This document shows, in pieces, positions 16,969 to 27,199 of a stretch of 44,359 nucleotides of DNA. Origin of the DNA: Nitrososphaeria archaeon (lineage in GTDB: Archaea; Thermoproteota; Nitrososphaeria; JACIWG01); contig JARVJS010000021.1 in NCBI GenBank assembly GCA_029776125.1, positions 1 through 44,359 of the forward strand. The letters are read 5' to 3'. Made by a program: the position numbers and the translations under genes. Below the pieces are notes generated by a model. It saw only the letters and a list, made by a program, of their open reading frames with translations, did not search any database and was not told where the DNA came from. Each line of letters begins with the position of its first letter. The stretch's first letter is position 1.

Positions 16969-17987
16969 TTCACCCTCTGAAACATCATGTATCCAAAATT
17001 ATCCGGAGAATTACTTTGCGTACCATAAGGCATGTTTTTACCTGTTTCCCACAAAATTGAAGGTCTACCAATATACATAGGCTCACTTCTTGTTGGTTTT
17101 ACCATGTGCATTTTATAGTGAGTTTTTATCCAAAAAGGAGTTATTTGAGCACCACAAATATCCACAGCAGTATCCCAGTGAATTAACTCTCTATTCATCT
17201 TATATATCATTCTTGAAGCAAGAGAAACGTTGCCTTTTATGTAATTGGACTCCGACACGGTCCCTGTCATGGGGTAAGGATTGTTCCAAGCACCCATACA
17301 CCAAAACAATTGGTCAAGTGGATAATCTGCGGTAGAGGCAACAGAGTCTGCCATACACGCCATTTGAGCTACAGGATTTGCAACGAGCAGTGCTTCAGGA
17401 TTCAAAATGAACCCTACTGAATCGTTATTCCAAGTAGGATCTACTTCTGTTATGTAAGCAAGATCAAAGCCCTCTACAGGCAAACAGGGAACGTCTAAAA
17501 ATAAATCCATCATATGCCATATAGGCATAACATACCAGTGAGCACTCTGTTTTGTAGCAGGGGTATCAGTTTCCTCTCCCCCTACCTTTGTTCCTTGGTT
17601 TGGATTATTAAGTTTTAACCCACCAAGAATAGGAAAACAAAAAGGAATTTTTGTCGTCTCTACAAATCTTGTTGGGGCCCAATAAGACACTGTTATTCCC
17701 AGTACTACTTTGTTTGACTTTTTACAAACACATACCACTTGTCCTATTTTGTCGGGGTTTTTTAATTCACTTGGACTTTTTATCTCTATTCCCGCTATTT
17801 CCACTGGAAACATAGCGTCCCAACGAATGTCTTTTATTACGTTTATAAAAGACCCTCTACAGCCTTCCTCTGCAAAGACAACCTGTACTTGAACAATAAG
17901 AAGTAAAAATAAAACAAATAAAAACTGCTTGCTATTTTTTGTTTTCTTTGTTTTGTTTTCCATATATACCCACCTCTTTTGCCACAA
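16941..17987 (-). CDS. traU: F-type TraU
   Basis: 348 aa. CRGSFINVIKDIRWDAMFPVEIAG and HWYVMPIWHMMDLFLDVPC are hallmark TraU blocks. A start at the internal Met (17963) is possible. Confidence 0.9.
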   Translation of the reverse strand: MWQKRWVYMENKTKKTKNSKQFLFVLFLLLIVQVQVVFAEEGCRGSFINVIKDIRWDAMFPVEIAGIEIKSPSELKNPDKIGQVVCVCKKSNKVVLGITVSYWAPTRFVETTKIPFCFPILGGLKLNNPNQGTKVGGEETDTPATKQSAHWYVMPIWHMMDLFLDVPCLPVEGFDLAYITEVDPTWNNDSVGFILNPEALLVANPVAQMACMADSVASTADYPLDQLFWCMGAWNNPYPMTGTVSESNYIKGNVSLASRMIYKMNRELIHWDTAVDICGAQITPFWIKTHYKMHMVKPTRSEPMYIGRPSILWETGKNMPYGTQSNSPDNFGYMMFQRVKCCLGYSFP

Positions 17988-18573
17988 AATATCTTTTCTC
18001 TGCCTCTACTATAGTAGGCGTGCTTTGTATTTTGAATCTCTCTATAATTCTGTCGTTTGCTCTGTAGGCTACCTTGTTCAACAAGCTGCTAACTTTAAAA
18101 ACATCCCCCGAGGTTACTATCACAAGAGTGTTGTAGTCATACAACAAAGGCTGCTTTTTTAACCAATTAATTTCATCAACTGAATTTCCATTTATAAAAA
18201 CCAGTTTTTCCCTAAAAACTACATAATCAAGGGGATTAAAAGTAAAACCTTTAGGATAAATAATTCTTCCTTCAGCATCGACCATATCTACAGGCAAAGT
18301 ATATGTAGGATCTACGTAAAAAATTCTATCGTCCTTAGCTTTCCTTAAATTGTAATTCACGACTAAATTATCCTTAACGGTTTCCTTAAATTTCCTTTCA
18401 ATCATTGACCACTTTATTTTTTGAGCTCTTTGTAGTATCTCTTCGTAAGCGTCTTTTTCCTCTATTGGATATACCTTACCAGTTATTCCTACTGTTTCTG
18501 AAAAACTATAGCTCACAAAAATTACAATTAAACTCAAAATTAATATAACTCTAACCATTTCTACTGACCCCAA
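17932..18573 (-). CDS. traW: F-type TraW
   Basis: 213 aa (TTG at 18573, or ATG at 18558). GKVYPIEEKDAYEEI, NPLDYVVF and LVFINGNSVDEINWLKK are collinear with F TraW. Confidence 0.8.
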   Translation of the reverse strand: MGSVEMVRVILILSLIVIFVSYSFSETVGITGKVYPIEEKDAYEEILQRAQKIKWSMIERKFKETVKDNLVVNYNLRKAKDDRIFYVDPTYTLPVDMVDAEGRIIYPKGFTFNPLDYVVFREKLVFINGNSVDEINWLKKQPLLYDYNTLVIVTSGDVFKVSSLLNKVAYRANDRIIERFKIQSTPTIVEAEKRYFVAKEVGIYGKQNKENKK

Positions 18574-21500
18574 GAATTATTAATGATTTCAATCATTTGT
18601 GGTTCTATATTCTGCATTATATTTCTCTGTATATCCTCTAGATATTCAGAAAGGTCTATTTTATTAAAATCTAATGCCTGAAATTCCTCTGGGAAAAAGC
18701 CCCTACAATTTGGACTTTTTGGCGTTCCCCATCCACCATCTGGACCAAAAGAAATAAGTTGTGGTCTTCCCTGTTCGTGAATAATCCTTGCCAGTTTAGA
18801 ATTAAAACAACAATATCTTCTCGCCCTCTGCACGCACGCCCCTGCAATTTTCTTAATACAATAGGAATCTCCTACCTGATGACAAAAACCAGATTCATTT
18901 AGCGTGGAAGTTGAAATGTCCTGAACATCACAGTTCGACAGCAGTATGTTTAAAGCAAAAGAAAATACTGCTACAGCAAATCCATAAATACTCACAAAAC
19001 CCGTTTTCCAAAGAATTGCCTGAGCCACCAAGTTTACAGCAGACGATAAAATTGGGTCTTTTATTGCCAGACTCGTTGCAAGTGAAACAACTGTTCCCAA
19101 CAGTTCACTTTGTTTAATATACTCGTAAATTATGTCTCCACTTAGGGCGTCTAAATTAAAATCACGAATAGTTATGAAAAGCGTGTCACCACTTTGCTCT
19201 ATCTGAGAGATTGTTCCGTTATTTATAAAAGCATTGTACAGAGAAGCAGCATCTTTACCCGTATAAACACCCACCCCTTGTATGACAAGTCTTCCCGATT
19301 GTGCTCCCGTAAAAGTGTAAGCAAAATTAATTGTTTCACCAAACTTTGAAGTTAACTGCGCAAGGCTAATAGCTTTATATACAGCATATACCATCTCTGC
19401 CATGTTTTTTAAACCTAATAAACTGCCTAATCCTCCCCCTGTTGAATCATAAATCTTGCCTTGAGATTCATCGCAACAGTTGTGAAAACCAGTATACAGT
19501 CCGGATAGTCTACACCTCATTTCTTTACCGTTAAATATGTAAACTGTTCCTAAACACCCGCTATCATTCACCTCTGCGTCGTTAGTCAATCCTTCTGCTT
19601 CAGTATCTTCAGCATTTTCTGTAGTACTTACACAATCAATTGGCGAACACTTATATTGGTTATCAGTTAAATCTTTAAGACAAGGTCTATTTGGATAAGG
19701 ACATGAATATTTTTCCGATATAACACATAAGTCTAAGTTAGGATCTAAGGTAGAACCATCACCGCCTGCAGGACATATTGGCTTACATGTTCCTACTGTT
19801 TTAGTTCCCTCTGCTATACATATATTTGTATTGTAATTGTACCACATACCTTGAGGACATTGAGGCACACAATTACCCATTTGTCCTTGCGGTGTTGCTT
19901 CACATTTCCCTGTTTGAGAATTATACTGAGTGCCTGCAGGACATGTTGGTTGCCCTACACAAGTTCCTGATCTGCTACAAGAAGGAGGACTGCCCGTACA
20001 AGGATACTGACTACCAAAAGGGCAAATATAAGTATATGTTGGTCTAAATTTAATCCAACTACCACAACTCAAAACGTTATAGCCACTACAACTACTATTT
20101 GTAGCCTGAATAATACAAGGTCTAATATAACCGCTGCTCGTCTCTATTCTGTATCCTACAGGATAAGAAGTATAATGACAGGTACAAGGGAAAGTTCCAC
20201 ATCCAGATGGTATAAAACCTTGTGTTGCTCCTGAGCCATTAACGTAGGCTACACTTCCGTGATTAAAACACGAACCTGAACCAGCTAGGGAGTTTGCAAA
20301 CTGAATCGTTGGGTTCGTTCCGCTTCCACATACTATTCCTGCAACATTGCCTGCTACGCCAGTTCTTTGTCCATAAAAATAACTTCCACCAATGTACTGT
20401 GCAGGACAAGTACTATAATTTACCTCTGGTCCAGAGTTATAAGCCGAACAATTTTCAGGAGGTGAATAATTGTTATCCTGTATAACTGTGTTTATGTTTA
20501 TTGTATTGTCTCCGGTAGTAACATTAAAGAAAAATGTCGTATTACCTACTGTTGCACTGGTAAAAGAAAAAGTCAAATCTGAAGTACTTTTATTACAGTT
20601 TGCTGCCTGAACACACGCTGTCTGACAAGCCTGTTGAGTAGGATAACTCTGCCCATTAAGACTGCACTGATAGGAAAAAGTAGGGTCTGCTTCGCATTTT
20701 CCCGTTTGCTGATTGTATTGAGTTCCTGAAGGACAGGTTAAAGATCCGCATACACTTGTACAGGCACTCATTTCTGTATAGGTTTGTCCATCTAAATCGC
20801 ATTTGTAGGTAGCACTGGCTTCGCACTGCCTTGTTTGTTCGTTAAAATTACCTGAACTACAGTAGAAACTGTAACAGGAAGGATTGCACTCTGCAAGTGT
20901 TTCGTATATTTTATTGTCTAGTGTACACTGGTACTGAGTTCCACCGGGACAATCGGCTGGACAAAAAGGTGATGCCTCACAAAGACCACTCGTTGGATTA
21001 TACGCAGTTCCAGTAGGACAGTGTTCATAACAGGCTCCCACTGTGGTTTCACATCTGTTCGTTTGATAATTATATCTCATACCAGAAGGACATAGCGGTT
21101 GACAATCACCCGTAGTTGCTTGAGGTGACGTTTCGCAGTAACCCGTAACAGCACTACACGAAGTTCCCGATACACACTGAGGTGGTAGATTTACTCCAGG
21201 TTGGTTTAACAGTATTCTTGCTATTACTACTGCTGTTTCTGCCCTCGTAATGGCCCTTCCCGCACCAAAAGTTCCGTTGTCATAACCCATCATTAACCCG
21301 AGTTCCCTTGCTTTTTGTACGTATTTAAAATAAGGATGACTACTGGGAACGTCCGAGTAATAAGGAGTCGTGTTGTATGTAAAATTATCTCCTACTTTTG
21401 CAATTACAAACTCTTTAGCTACTTCCTCTCTCAACATATCGTGTCCTTCGTCCTGACAGCTTGAAGTTCCATAACCAAGCCTGCTAAATATTATGTTTAG

Positions 21501-22655
21501 CTCATAACAATTAAGAAGCCCACTAGGTTCCCAGTACTCATACTCTACACGACCTATCATTATTCCTCTTTGAGCAACAAGTTTTATGTAAGAGTACGCC
21601 CAGTGAAAACAAAATACGTCTTTATAAAATATTGGTTGACCATTGAGCATCAAGTGCGGCTCAACGCATTTGTCTATGTCCTCTTTGTAAACAGTTCCTT
21701 GAGGGCATCCAACCTGTCCACAAAAGCTTGTACAACTTTGTAAATCATTGTATTTTTGTCCATTTCTCAAGCAAATAAACTCAGGATTTATCCAGCAGAT
21801 TGAATTTGAGGGCTCATAAACTGCTCCTGACGGGCAACTAAGAGAAGCACAGTTTTGAAAACAAGTATTAAAATCCTGATAAGTATTTTGATCTAGTCCG
21901 CACTTAAAAGCAGGTGGTGCAACACATTTATCCAAATCTGAATTGTAATAAGTTCCTGCAGGACAAACAGGTGGAAAAGTACATTTACCATCTTGGGGAA
22001 CAAATCCTGAAGGACATTCCGCATTGCAAGGAGCTAAATCTATAGTGCAAAGTTGTTGTCCCTCTGCCGTATTAATACACTCGCCAAATTCATCGTCCTG
22101 AAGCTGCCCATCGTTATTGAAATCCTTTGCGCATGCTACCGGAGGAAGTTCCGGTGGTGAAGTCGCTGAAGGAGGCTCAATATTTATTGGCTCGCACTTT
22201 TTTGTTTCTACGTTCCATGCATACTGTAAGTTCGGACCTCCTAAACAGAAAGGAATTCTGATACACTTCTTTTCAACAGGTGAAAACATATAAGGTAAAG
22301 GACACGTTTCTGTAGTGCGCTCAACAACACATAAACCTAGCTCGTGATTAAAAGTTCCCTGAATCCCTCCTTCTGCAGGGGGACAAACGGGAACTCCTTC
22401 CTGTCCCTGCAAAGTAGCATAGGCGTTCCCATAATTGCGTAAATCCTGCAAAAATAGAAAAGGTATCCCGTCAAAAACTTTGCTGTTTCCGATCTGTAAG
22501 TTTATGGTTAAAAAATATGATACGTCAAATAGGAGCGGTTCTAAAAATATCAGCACAGAAAGAAGTGTACAAGTTATTATTTCAAACGCCTTTTTCACCG
22601 AAAACTCCTTATGGCAACGAAGGAGGAGGCAGAAAAACTGCCTTCCCAGTTTCAT
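18561..22655 (-). CDS. traN: Giant TraN (mating-pair stabilisation) with SLH domains and tandem Cys modules
   Basis: The C-terminus RRYCCFNSKLARIIHEQGRPQLISFG ... PNCRGFFPEEFQALDFNKIDLSEYLEDI matches the F TraN C-terminus (YCQFDSKLAQIVQQQGR ... PDCRGIT ... FNRLDFTNFYEDL), and FHNCCDE is also present. At 1364 aa it is about twice the 602 aa of F TraN. I counted about 90 Cys by hand. Confidence 0.85.
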   Translation of the reverse strand: MKLGRQFFCLLLRCHKEFSVKKAFEIITCTLLSVLIFLEPLLFDVSYFLTINLQIGNSKVFDGIPFLFLQDLRNYGNAYATLQGQEGVPVCPPAEGGIQGTFNHELGLCVVERTTETCPLPYMFSPVEKKCIRIPFCLGGPNLQYAWNVETKKCEPINIEPPSATSPPELPPVACAKDFNNDGQLQDDEFGECINTAEGQQLCTIDLAPCNAECPSGFVPQDGKCTFPPVCPAGTYYNSDLDKCVAPPAFKCGLDQNTYQDFNTCFQNCASLSCPSGAVYEPSNSICWINPEFICLRNGQKYNDLQSCTSFCGQVGCPQGTVYKEDIDKCVEPHLMLNGQPIFYKDVFCFHWAYSYIKLVAQRGIMIGRVEYEYWEPSGLLNCYELNIIFSRLGYGTSSCQDEGHDMLREEVAKEFVIAKVGDNFTYNTTPYYSDVPSSHPYFKYVQKARELGLMMGYDNGTFGAGRAITRAETAVVIARILLNQPGVNLPPQCVSGTSCSAVTGYCETSPQATTGDCQPLCPSGMRYNYQTNRCETTVGACYEHCPTGTAYNPTSGLCEASPFCPADCPGGTQYQCTLDNKIYETLAECNPSCYSFYCSSGNFNEQTRQCEASATYKCDLDGQTYTEMSACTSVCGSLTCPSGTQYNQQTGKCEADPTFSYQCSLNGQSYPTQQACQTACVQAANCNKSTSDLTFSFTSATVGNTTFFFNVTTGDNTININTVIQDNNYSPPENCSAYNSGPEVNYSTCPAQYIGGSYFYGQRTGVAGNVAGIVCGSGTNPTIQFANSLAGSGSCFNHGSVAYVNGSGATQGFIPSGCGTFPCTCHYTSYPVGYRIETSSGYIRPCIIQATNSSCSGYNVLSCGSWIKFRPTYTYICPFGSQYPCTGSPPSCSRSGTCVGQPTCPAGTQYNSQTGKCEATPQGQMGNCVPQCPQGMWYNYNTNICIAEGTKTVGTCKPICPAGGDGSTLDPNLDLCVISEKYSCPYPNRPCLKDLTDNQYKCSPIDCVSTTENAEDTEAEGLTNDAEVNDSGCLGTVYIFNGKEMRCRLSGLYTGFHNCCDESQGKIYDSTGGGLGSLLGLKNMAEMVYAVYKAISLAQLTSKFGETINFAYTFTGAQSGRLVIQGVGVYTGKDAASLYNAFINNGTISQIEQSGDTLFITIRDFNLDALSGDIIYEYIKQSELLGTVVSLATSLAIKDPILSSAVNLVAQAILWKTGFVSIYGFAVAVFSFALNILLSNCDVQDISTSTLNESGFCHQVGDSYCIKKIAGACVQRARRYCCFNSKLARIIHEQGRPQLISFGPDGGWGTPKSPNCRGFFPEEFQALDFNKIDLSEYLEDIQRNIMQNIEPQMIEIINNSWGQ

Positions 22656-24678
22656 CCATCTTTTTCTTTTGACCCGTTGAACATATCAAATCTTGCCCAG
22701 CAAGTCTGATAGTTTGCATTATAGTTGACGCTGCAGGAAAATCGTCCTGACACCTACAGTCTGCTACTATCTCTTCTCCCTGCAAGGTAGGACATATAAA
22801 TGTACCGCTGTCGTTTCTTTCGCACTTTCTGTTTAGGTATACGTAATCACCCTGTATATTTGTATGCATCGAACTTATCACGCCTGAAAAACTTACCTGC
22901 GTATTTTCTCTATTAACTCTAACCTTGCATGTATACTCGCAATCGCTACCTTCCGGCATTGGCGTAAGTTTTATCTTTCTGTCTGGATATTCCTGCCAAG
23001 AACCCTGCTGTTTAAGTGTATCGGTGTAGATAAGTTCTCCTTTTTGTTTGTCAAAGTTCACGCTTGGAACTACTGTTGATACCTTATGTCCTGCATCCGA
23101 AAGATCAAAACTTCCTTGACTGTCACACTTATAAGTTCTCTCAATGCTCCAGTATTCTGGACAAACATACTGATTGCAGATAAGTTGACAGGATTTAAGA
23201 GGTTGTAAGCCTGTTTTTACCCCGCTTCTTACGGTATAAGTTCCGTTGACTTTTTCATTCCACAATTTACAGTCGCTTCTGTTTTCAACTTGCTGACAGG
23301 TATTATTATCGGAAAAAATAACCTCACAGGCATCTTTGACTCTTATCGTTATGATTGCGTATCCTTCACCACAACCAGCCACTGCAACTTTTACGAAAGA
23401 CTGTAAAAGAGTATTTGGAGGATAGCTTCTAAACAGATTTGTCAAATCCAAATTCGGATATCTTTTCCATGAAGTTCTAAGCTCGCAATCCCCTGGTGGG
23501 CTTGTAGACCCTCTGTCAGTCCACGGATAAGGTCCGGAATAAATCAGTCTCTCGTTAAGCCACACCTGAATCCAGTCGTCCCACGCAACGTATTCAAGCA
23601 CTGCTGATTCAATTAGGTCTGGTCGTTTTAACCTGAATGTATGAGATAGTTCGTGAATCTCGCAATCCCCACACCAGTAGTTATCACCTTCCCAACCTAA
23701 TATTACCTGGATACATCCCGGTTCTCCATTTAAACAATTACGATAAGACCCGCCATTGCCTTCAACAGATTCTATTATGTCTTCGGGACGAATTATTTGT
23801 CCTTCGTAAGAAGTCTTAGTAATCTGGCAGGTTACAAAATCACTCTGAGAAGCACCCGATAAGATAAGATTATATTTACTTTCAGGATCCCTGCTTTGAT
23901 TAAAAACCTCACTTTCTACCTGCATTTTAAATATAGCATCAGAGGTTTTGCTAAAATATCTCTCTGGAAAATTCTCTCCTCCTGAAATAGCAGGTAAATT
24001 GCAGTTTGAATAATCCTGCCCATAAAAATAAATAGAAGTGTCTACAATTCTGCTGTTTGATATGGCTACCCTTGAGTCTCCCCTGAAGGCACTTGCTACT
24101 GCTCCACCAATTGTTTTTACTACAACAGGCAGGTTGCTCATAACAATGTTGTTACCACAAGATTTATTAATACAATAACACCCCGATAAATCTGACAGTT
24201 CTGCTTCTGCTATATATAAATTCCCGTCTCTGTAAGCGAACTTTTTAGGTAAACAGTTGTCCCAAGTTCCTGGAGTGCACGTTATAAAACCATTTGTACA
24301 TATTCCGCTCACATTATCTATTGTAAGTTGTCTGTCTATTTGTCCGTTCATGTCAGAATCCCAGTACACAAAAACTTTTATATCTCCAGTACTTTTTGGT
24401 TGAATGTTAACCGTAAGATACTCTTTACTGCTGGGACAGGCCACTTGTGGATTGAAAGTTGTTTGTCTGTCTATAGTGGTCATATCGCCACCGCCAAGCA
24501 GTGGTCCGATAAGATTTCTTTGTAGCGTTTCCTGAGTGCCACCAAAATTTTTAAAATTATCGTACATTTCCTTTGCCTTTTGTTCAGGACTAACCTGTTC
24601 GTCAGCAAAAACATTAAATGTTAAGCACAAACTAACTGCTAAACCTGCACCTAACCATTTCCTCAATAGCCTCTTCAT
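22609..24678 (-). CDS. Secreted Cys-rich protein of unknown function, located between traC and traN
   Basis: 689 aa. Clear signal peptide MKRLLRKWLGAGLAVSLCLTFNVFA and many Cys residues. The segment VAWDDWIQVWLNERLIYSG is faintly PA14/GLEYA-like. It overlaps both neighbours by 47 nt. Confidence 0.6.
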   Translation of the reverse strand: MKRLLRKWLGAGLAVSLCLTFNVFADEQVSPEQKAKEMYDNFKNFGGTQETLQRNLIGPLLGGGDMTTIDRQTTFNPQVACPSSKEYLTVNIQPKSTGDIKVFVYWDSDMNGQIDRQLTIDNVSGICTNGFITCTPGTWDNCLPKKFAYRDGNLYIAEAELSDLSGCYCINKSCGNNIVMSNLPVVVKTIGGAVASAFRGDSRVAISNSRIVDTSIYFYGQDYSNCNLPAISGGENFPERYFSKTSDAIFKMQVESEVFNQSRDPESKYNLILSGASQSDFVTCQITKTSYEGQIIRPEDIIESVEGNGGSYRNCLNGEPGCIQVILGWEGDNYWCGDCEIHELSHTFRLKRPDLIESAVLEYVAWDDWIQVWLNERLIYSGPYPWTDRGSTSPPGDCELRTSWKRYPNLDLTNLFRSYPPNTLLQSFVKVAVAGCGEGYAIITIRVKDACEVIFSDNNTCQQVENRSDCKLWNEKVNGTYTVRSGVKTGLQPLKSCQLICNQYVCPEYWSIERTYKCDSQGSFDLSDAGHKVSTVVPSVNFDKQKGELIYTDTLKQQGSWQEYPDRKIKLTPMPEGSDCEYTCKVRVNRENTQVSFSGVISSMHTNIQGDYVYLNRKCERNDSGTFICPTLQGEEIVADCRCQDDFPAASTIMQTIRLAGQDLICSTGQKKKMDETGKAVFLPPPSLP

Positions 24679-27184
24679 AACTCATCCCCTGGTTTACCAT
24701 TTTTTGAATTTCTGCTATCTCTGTTGGATTAGAGGTATAAATATAATATGAATATGGATCAACCATTAGTCTTACAACGCCTACGCCAAAATTATCAGTA
24801 TGTATAAATATTTCCGAATACTTAGGAGCGTTATATTTAATTGAGTTAAGAATACTTAGCGTAAACTCATCGTAATCTATAAGTTTTTTATCCTTCGCTA
24901 AAACAAAATCTCCACTTTCAAGAAAAAATTTAAAGGCAGAGTTTGAGTTTATAACTCTACCTACCCTACCAAACTGTTCAAGGTCAAGTATTGACTGAGT
25001 TATTATTCCAAAACTGCCTTTGTATTTTCTTGCTCTACGATAACCTTCTTCAATAACATTCTGAAAGACTTCTGTATCCTGCAAAAACTGCCACGCTTCA
25101 TCAACGATAACCATTCTTGGATTTGCTCTGTCACTTAAATATAAGTCCATTGTTACTGCATTTAAAACTTGCAAAACAATTACCTTAAATAAATCAGGCA
25201 ACGCCTTAAGGTGTTCAAGTTCCAAAACTACAAAATCGTCATTGGCTATATCAAAAGTAGACTCACCATTAAACCACTTACCATAAATACCTGTTGAGGT
25301 AAATTTGTTAAGATTGAACGCCAAATGGGTAGCTATTAGTTTAAAATCTTCTAAACACACTTCTTTACCTTCGCAAAGTATATCTCTACCATCGTAGTAT
25401 TTAGGAAATTCAGCTAAATACAGTTGAATGTGATCAATGCTTGTTTCTTTGCCCATTTTTTCTATTGCCCACCTTACAGCAGAATTTAGTAAATTAACAA
25501 TACTTTCGTGGTTTACTCCCTGTGGTAATTGCCCTGTAGAAGATATAGCCATTTGCAAAATTATGTTCGATATAACAGGTATATCATATTGAGGGTCTTT
25601 TATATGTGAAAAAGGATTAATACATATATCACTATCAGAGGAAAACTCTAAATACTTCCCATTGAACATTTTAGCTAATTTTTTATAGCTTCCACCTATA
25701 TCAACAATTCTAATCTTAACTCCTGCACCGTAATAATTCGTTACTATATAGTTTGTCGTAAAGGATTTTCCTTTACCTGTTGGTGCAGCTATGTAAAAAT
25801 TATAGGAAGAACTCTTAGGGCTTAGTAAGTTTAATCCTACTACCTGCCCTTTTCTGCCCATAAATAAAAGCATCGGTTCTCCTGTACCTACATAATCTGC
25901 CTGAACAGGAGCCAAAACAGGCAAAGTATCAATAGGAACAATAAAATCTCTATCTAAAAGAGTAAGAGTATTTGAATCAGCAAAACATCCAAAAGGCAAA
26001 CTATAGGTAAAAAGAGGAGTCAATATGGTAGAGTCCTCTTGCATTACTGCACCAGTTGACTCCCATATTTTAATTATTCTATATATAGCAGTTCTTGTTT
26101 GCTCTTCATCTTCAGAATACGCCCATATTATTGGAACAATTCTAAAAAACTTTTCACCTCTTTCTACTTTGTCTACTGCCCAGAAAAACTCTTCCTGCTT
26201 CCTCTTTAAACTCGCAATAAACGAACCAAAAGACTGCTGACCCAGCACTAAATTTGCCTTCCCATGTATTTTCATCTTTAAATCTTCTACAAAAATGTTC
26301 AAAGTTATCCAAAAAGGCGTGTTTATCTGAGATATGTCTCCACTTATTCCATCGTAACTACCTGAAATTTTGTTTGCCCAAAAGAAATCTACCTCTTGAG
26401 GCATTGATTTTACAGTTGCACACCTAAAATACTTAACCAAGTCAACTTCCTCTAGTAAATCTCCTCCATTTTGTTTTACTGTTCGAGTTTTTGCTTTAAT
26501 AAATCTTTTCTCTACTTCTATTTCTGTTTCTGCCAATATAGCCTGAGTGTTTATAGGAGCAGTTTTACACCATAAGTGAGTATTAGTGTCTATCCTTCCA
26601 TTTAATAACTGCCTAATAAACTTTAAATAGGTCTCAGGTCCGCACAAAACAGGAGCAAGATATGAAGATTGTAGTATTTCTTTAGTTGAAGCAATAATTT
26701 CCTTAATTAAATTTTCATCTACTTTTTTCACAGGCATCTTAACTGTAAAAAACAATCTAAAACTTCTTGCCGGTGGATTGCCAACCTTTTGATCTTCATA
26801 AAATTTTCTTAAACTCCTGTAAGATTTCTTTATGTAATCAGGTGCATATTGTTTGTAGTTTTGATAATAATCCATAAAATCTCTTACATCAGGGTCTGCA
26901 TACAAAATAAATTGCAAAATAGAGCCTTCAGGATAATTTATTTGAAATAAACCTTTAAAAGTTTGTATTGTTTGCTCACTAAAAAATAACACAGGCACGC
27001 ATTCGTATAATATTCCAACTGTATCATCCTGGTTATAAAAAATACCCATTTCCTCATCATAAGCAACCGGCAACAAATATTTACTAAACTTGTTTCTTTG
27101 TAATTCATTATGTATTTCTTTAACCTGCATTACATTTTTTTCATAACTTTCCTTTTTTAACCCTAGTGCTTCTAAAATATTCAC
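24632..27184 (-). CDS. traC: F-type TraC ATPase (VirB4 family)
   Basis: 850 aa. Walker A AAPTGKGKSF and Walker B-like MVIVDEAW. Size and position are typical of TraC. Confidence 0.9.
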   Translation of the reverse strand: MNILEALGLKKESYEKNVMQVKEIHNELQRNKFSKYLLPVAYDEEMGIFYNQDDTVGILYECVPVLFFSEQTIQTFKGLFQINYPEGSILQFILYADPDVRDFMDYYQNYKQYAPDYIKKSYRSLRKFYEDQKVGNPPARSFRLFFTVKMPVKKVDENLIKEIIASTKEILQSSYLAPVLCGPETYLKFIRQLLNGRIDTNTHLWCKTAPINTQAILAETEIEVEKRFIKAKTRTVKQNGGDLLEEVDLVKYFRCATVKSMPQEVDFFWANKISGSYDGISGDISQINTPFWITLNIFVEDLKMKIHGKANLVLGQQSFGSFIASLKRKQEEFFWAVDKVERGEKFFRIVPIIWAYSEDEEQTRTAIYRIIKIWESTGAVMQEDSTILTPLFTYSLPFGCFADSNTLTLLDRDFIVPIDTLPVLAPVQADYVGTGEPMLLFMGRKGQVVGLNLLSPKSSSYNFYIAAPTGKGKSFTTNYIVTNYYGAGVKIRIVDIGGSYKKLAKMFNGKYLEFSSDSDICINPFSHIKDPQYDIPVISNIILQMAISSTGQLPQGVNHESIVNLLNSAVRWAIEKMGKETSIDHIQLYLAEFPKYYDGRDILCEGKEVCLEDFKLIATHLAFNLNKFTSTGIYGKWFNGESTFDIANDDFVVLELEHLKALPDLFKVIVLQVLNAVTMDLYLSDRANPRMVIVDEAWQFLQDTEVFQNVIEEGYRRARKYKGSFGIITQSILDLEQFGRVGRVINSNSAFKFFLESGDFVLAKDKKLIDYDEFTLSILNSIKYNAPKYSEIFIHTDNFGVGVVRLMVDPYSYYIYTSNPTEIAEIQKMVNQGMSYEEAIEEMVRCRFSS

Positions 27185-27199
27185 TGCTATATCCTCCCA

